IMG/VR virus record: IMGVR_UViG_3300033067_000617
Location: 1 to 30,132 of that record
DNA length: 30,132 nt
Strand: one strand, 5' to 3'
From: a virus
Taxonomy: Duplodnaviria > Caudoviricetes
The notes below the pieces were generated by a model. The model saw nothing but the letters and a program-made list of their open reading frames with translations. It was not told the origin of the DNA and did not search any database. Numbering within the stretch: position 1 is the stretch's first letter; each line of letters opens with the position of its first letter. A program made the position numbers and the translations under genes. Below, piece after piece: positions 26,890-30,132 of this stretch.

Positions 26890-27110
26890 CATCAAAAAGC
26901 CTGTCAAAACTATGGGGTAAGTATTTGATTTAATTGCGCGCAAATGTCACAATTTGACGCTGCCTTTACCCTGTTGAAAACTAACATAACACTATGATTT
27001 ATAATGGGAAATATTCGGTTCTATTTATCTGCATGGGCAATTGACGATAGGCCTGTAAGTGCCTGATTTTATTGGTGGCAGTAAAAACCAAGTCAAAACT
27101 CGGTCAAAAC
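26890..27110. other. Putative attP
   Basis: Arm-type repeats GTCAAAAC at 26903, 27092 and 27103, with variants at 26891 and 27081; IHF sites at 26918 and 27056; AT-rich; next to the int 3' end. Confidence 0.75.
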
Positions 27111-28169
27111 TCAACCGGATTTGACCATGATCCATTCGGCCCCACGGCGGTCTTTGTAGGTCTGCGTTGACCTGATGTCTTTGTGTCCCAGCAGCGCTTG
27201 CGTGTCGATTCCGACTTCGTTATACAGACGCTCGGCCAGGCTGCGCAGCTCGTGGAACGTGGCCGGGGATTTGTCGCCCCAGTCGATTCCGGCCTTGTCT
27301 CGGGCGGCGGCGAATTCTCGGGTAAGCTGTGTTGCGTTGACCTTTTTCCCCGCCGCCTTGCTGCCGGTAGGGTAGTGGACAACATACTGACTCAGTACGT
27401 CGTCACGGCATGATGCGATTACGCTTTCCAGCGATCTGCCATTAAGCGTGAGGGATAGCGGGATGGCGACTTTGTTGCCGGTCTTGATCTGTTGAACCCA
27501 TACATGCCCGTCGTGGATGTCTGCGCGGCGGATGTTGACCACGTCCGATATGCGTTGCCCGGTGTGTAGTGCCAGCATGGCGCCGCGCTTTGCCCATGCA
27601 TGTTCGATCAATGGCTGTATCTGCTGGTATTGCTCCAGAGTAAGCCGGGCGCGCTTGACCTGTGGCGCAGGGTCGCGCAATGACTCTGCCGGGTTGTTGG
27701 TTGACCAGCCTTCGATGATCGATTCGCGGAACACGTCGCACATGACGGAGCGAATGGCCTGTGCCATGCGTCGCTTGCCTTGATCGATGTAGGTTTCAAG
27801 CAGCCTGTTTAGATTGCGGGCGGTGATGCTGTCGAAAGGCTCGGCGCCGAAGGTTTCGCGCAGTGTGCCGATGATGCTGTTGCGCGTTTTCATGGTGGCG
27901 GGCTTGAGGCCGCGCTCGATGCAGCGCTTTTCGTACACGTCAAGAAATTGGCCGAAGGTTTCGCGCTCTTGAATTCTGTCGGCCAGGGAGTAGCTTTGCT
28001 GGCGGTCTGCGATGATCTGGTTGGCTTCGATGGCCTGGCTGATAGCCTCGCGCTTGTCTCGGCCAAGGCCAAACCATTTGCCGTTTTCCGGGTTGCGGTA
28101 TTTGTAGTAGCCGCCTTGGCAATACAGGTTAGGCGGCAAGCCTCGATTTTGTTTTGATCTGGGTCGCAT
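27111..28169 (-). CDS. int: Lambda-type tyrosine integrase
   Basis: Arm-binding N-domain LPPNLY...YRNP; catalytic GQRISD, HELR, LLGH, Y. Confidence 0.95.
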   Translation of the reverse strand: MRPRSKQNRGLPPNLYCQGGYYKYRNPENGKWFGLGRDKREAISQAIEANQIIADRQQSYSLADRIQERETFGQFLDVYEKRCIERGLKPATMKTRNSIIGTLRETFGAEPFDSITARNLNRLLETYIDQGKRRMAQAIRSVMCDVFRESIIEGWSTNNPAESLRDPAPQVKRARLTLEQYQQIQPLIEHAWAKRGAMLALHTGQRISDVVNIRRADIHDGHVWVQQIKTGNKVAIPLSLTLNGRSLESVIASCRDDVLSQYVVHYPTGSKAAGKKVNATQLTREFAAARDKAGIDWGDKSPATFHELRSLAERLYNEVGIDTQALLGHKDIRSTQTYKDRRGAEWIMVKSG

Positions 28170-28362
28170 TTCTGAGCGCTTTCTGCGGGTCTATCAGCTT
28201 TGCGGCTGGGTCAAAATAGTAGCATTTGCCGCCATACTTCTGCGGGGCGGGGTAAATGCGGCCGGCCTCGATCCAGCGCCAGACGGTACGCTTGCTTGGC
28301 GGGTCGTCGCCGAACACTTGAGCGAGCCATTGTTCAAGTCGGATTAATCGTTGTTGTGTCAC
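28129..28362 (-). CDS. xis: Excisionase
   Basis: Winged-helix PPSKRTVWRWIEAGRIYPAPQK; overlaps the int start as in lambda. Confidence 0.85.
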   Translation of the reverse strand: MTQQRLIRLEQWLAQVFGDDPPSKRTVWRWIEAGRIYPAPQKYGGKCYYFDPAAKLIDPQKALRNATQIKTKSRLAA

Positions 28363-28736
28363 CCCAACACCTCCACAAGTTTCTGATAAGCAATCTCCGC
28401 GTGGTGCCGGCCTTTGACCTTGACTAGGTTGCGGGCGGCGGTTTCGATCTTTCGCAGACTAATCATGTTTTGCTCCATCCCGTCGATAATTGCGGCACTT
28501 ATTTCTGCGCTTTTCTCGTTGCGATCAGATAGCATCTTCCCGTATGCAAACGCTGAAAACATGAGGGATGTTTCTGAGTCTGAATAGCGACCTTCGTCGT
28601 TTGTTTTTAATGCTCTAGCTATATCAAACTGGCCCATGTGCTGGAAATTTTGCTTAAACCATTGCTCAAAAATCCGCCTGTTTTCGTTTTTGTTGTTCTG
28701 CGCCAGCTCGCGCAGCTTGGTTGTGTCGATGGTCAT
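28359..28736 (-). CDS. Early-region hypothetical protein (mosaic)
   Basis: Coupled by 4-nt overlaps; IDTTKLRELA N-terminus; AT-rich middle. Confidence 0.7.
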   Translation of the reverse strand: MTIDTTKLRELAQNNKNENRRIFEQWFKQNFQHMGQFDIARALKTNDEGRYSDSETSLMFSAFAYGKMLSDRNEKSAEISAAIIDGMEQNMISLRKIETAARNLVKVKGRHHAEIAYQKLVEVLG

Positions 28737-28990
28737 TTGCTCCGCTCCTGCTCAATATAGAAATCGATCAGTTGCACCAGACGGCGCAATGGCTTCTGGC
28801 AGTTTGATCCGTGAGTGGGCGCCATCTGTTCTGCAAACGCCCGCAGACGCTTATCTGCCTCTCCTTCACGATCAAGAATCTTGTGCAGCTCACGCCAGAC
28901 AACAGCGAATTCCCAAGGCTCCGCGTTGGCCAACGCCAGTGCGATTTGCTCCGGTGTTGCCTGGTAACTGGCATTCATTTGCACGTTCAT
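28733..28990 (-). CDS. Hypothetical protein
   Basis: ATGA overlaps at both ends; SD AGGAG. Confidence 0.7.
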   Translation of the reverse strand: MNVQMNASYQATPEQIALALANAEPWEFAVVWRELHKILDREGEADKRLRAFAEQMAPTHGSNCQKPLRRLVQLIDFYIEQERSK

Positions 28991-29151
28991 TCGCTCTGCT
29001 CCTGTTCAATCCGTTCGATCTTCAATCCCCATAACCAATACCTCCCAGCGCCACGCTTCACCAGTCCACGTTCCAGCGCCTCGATATAACAGGTGATTCG
29101 GTGCTGGTGCGGCTTGCCGACTGGCTGGCCGTTATGGGTTAGCTGGTACAT
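28987..29151 (-). CDS. Small hypothetical protein, 54 aa (not in the ORF track)
   Basis: MYQLTHNGQPVGKPHQHRITCYIEALERGLV...; exactly fills the operon gap with overlaps. Confidence 0.65.
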   Translation of the reverse strand: MYQLTHNGQPVGKPHQHRITCYIEALERGLVKRGAGRYWLWGLKIERIEQEQSE

Positions 29152-29333
29152 GTCTCGCCTTCGTAGTACGCCTCCTTGCCCTGCAGGATCAACGAAATCG
29201 CCCGGTGTTGATCTTCCGTGATGGCTCCAGCGGTGTGCATGCTGCTGCCTGTGTCTACCTTGGCGCGGTAGACGAAAAACACAACGCCTTTATCTGGCTT
29301 GCCTTCCGGCATTGCGATGCGTGGTGCGGTCAT
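29139..29333 (-). CDS. Hypothetical protein
   Basis: SD GGAGG; ATGA-coupled. Confidence 0.65.
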   Translation of the reverse strand: MTAPRIAMPEGKPDKGVVFFVYRAKVDTGSSMHTAGAITEDQHRAISLILQGKEAYYEGETCTS

Positions 29334-29722
29334 TCCAAACCTCCCAAAATCTCGCGCTCGATGTTATTAAGCATTTGCAAGACGCCATAAAGCTGCTGCT
29401 GCCACAATTGGCACTTGCGCATTTCCAGTGGCTTCGTATCGCTCCATCCGGCCGGAAGCCCCATCATCCACTCTTGAATAAGCGGGTTTGGCCGACCAAA
29501 AACCTTCTTGAATGCCCTCGCACTCGGCCACTTTTGCATTGATTGTGCGCAGTAATTTGCTTTTGTCGTTGGCGTATGCAAGTAACCAATATCGTTCCCG
29601 AACGTGGTCTGCACCCAAGTCTGCCGCACTAAGGGAAAGCATTTCGGCTTTGTAACCCAAACTGGCGCAATCCTTTGCGGCCCGCTCAATGGCATCTGAA
29701 GAAACGTTTTCTGCGAATACAT
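29330..29722 (-). CDS. Putative C5-MTase beta polypeptide (motif IX), overlapping frame
   Basis: SD GGAG 7 nt before ATG; PNPLIQEWMMGLPAGWSD resembles motif IX. Confidence 0.65.
   Translation of the reverse strand: MYSQKTFLQMPLSGPQRIAPVWVTKPKCFPLVRQTWVQTTFGNDIGYLHTPTTKANYCAQSMQKWPSARAFKKVFGRPNPLIQEWMMGLPAGWSDTKPLEMRKCQLWQQQLYGVLQMLNNIEREILGGLE
29339..29363. repeat. 25-bp direct repeat, copy 1
   Basis: ACCTCCCAAAATCTCGCGCTCGATG. Confidence 0.95.
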
Positions 29723-30050
29723 AATCAGTCTCCGATTCTGTGATTACCCTGAACATTTCAGGCCAAAGGTTTTTGGCATCAATATTTCTACCTCGCGCCG
29801 CCGTGCTAAATGCTTGGCAGGGAAACCCTCCAGACACGAAATCACATCTGCCGCGCCACGCTCTGCCGTCAAAGGTACAAATGTCATCCCATACAGGGAA
29901 AACGGCTCCAAGCGATCCGTCATTTTGTCGCCGTGTAAGAACGCATCTGCGGTGCCAATCCAACTCGACAGCGCAGACCGTTCTAAGTCCAAGTGATGAG
30001 GTGCCAAGTATTCCTGCACCAATGCCCGCGAAAAGAGCCAACTCATTCAA
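29367..30050 (-). CDS. DNA (cytosine-5) methyltransferase alpha polypeptide
   Basis: Probable TTG start after GGAGG; motifs LFAGIG (I), GFPCQ (IV), ENV (VI), HVRER (VIII), GNAQVP (X); no motif IX. Confidence 0.85.
   Translation of the reverse strand: MNELALFAGIGAGILGTSSLGLRTVCAVELDWHRRCVLTRRQNDGSLGAVFPVWDDICTFDGRAWRGRCDFVSGGFPCQAFSTAARGRNIDAKNLWPEMFRVITESETDYVFAENVSSDAIERAAKDCASLGYKAEMLSLSAADLGADHVRERYWLLAYANDKSKLLRTINAKVAECEGIQEGFWSAKPAYSRVDDGASGRMERYEATGNAQVPIVAAAALWRLANA
29744..30046 (-). CDS. Overlapping ORF in the same frame as the beta polypeptide
   Basis: ATGA-coupled to the upstream gene; separated from 29330-29722 by a single TAA. Confidence 0.4.
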   Translation of the reverse strand: MSWLFSRALVQEYLAPHHLDLERSALSSWIGTADAFLHGDKMTDRLEPFSLYGMTFVPLTAERGAADVISCLEGFPAKHLARRREVEILMPKTFGLKCSG

Positions 30051-30132
30051 CTTGACCTCCCAAAATCTCGCGCTCGATGGCGCGCACTGCATGCTTCATT
30101 TCCTCAATGGGTTTGTGCATCGAGTAGTTTTT
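30043..30132 (-). CDS. Partial hypothetical gene (3' end)
   Basis: Open from the window edge: ...HAVRAIEREILGGQVE*. Confidence 0.6.
   Translation of the reverse strand, partial: KNYSMHKPIEEMKHAVRAIEREILGGQVE
30055..30079. repeat. 25-bp direct repeat, copy 2
   Basis: Identical to 29339-29363. Confidence 0.95.

Larger units (their letters stand above)
1..30132. mobile_element. Temperate podovirus-like phage genome segment (virion operon, antirepressor, attP, int/xis, early genes)
   Basis: Capsid, scaffold, tail, integrase, excisionase and antirepressor genes fill the window; no host housekeeping genes seen. Confidence 0.95.

Noticed and set aside
26979-27006. AACTAACATAA resembles a XerD arm of dif
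   Set aside because: No XerC arm at 6-bp spacing; lambda-type int, xis and arm sites explain the region

Overview
The whole window is part of a temperate, podovirus-like tailed phage genome of roughly 60% GC, probably from a proteobacterial host (inferred). On the + strand (1-25335) is the late virion operon. It runs: a 5'-truncated CE4/NodB polysaccharide deacetylase, a small head gene, scaffold, N4-gp56-family major capsid protein, head accessory genes, tail adaptor and tail tube/nozzle, a two-part tail fibre, five putative DNA-ejection proteins, and a 3768-aa polyvalent protein (SF2 helicase, N6A-methyltransferase, HExxH metallopeptidase, ADP-ribosyltransferase-like, LPD38-like domains). 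On the - strand (25336-30132) are an exported moron, a BRO-N antirepressor under a C4-like antisense RNA leader, an apparently intact attP, a lambda-type integrase and excisionase, small early genes, and a C5-cytosine methyltransferase split over two overlapping frames and flanked by 25-bp direct repeats. The most unusual signal is two protein-like genes nested in the +1 frame inside disordered linkers of the giant gene. One has its own sigma70-like promoter, and the giant gene also carries an intragenic terminator and a palindrome/21-bp-repeat cluster. All calls come from motif reading by eye; no database searches were run.
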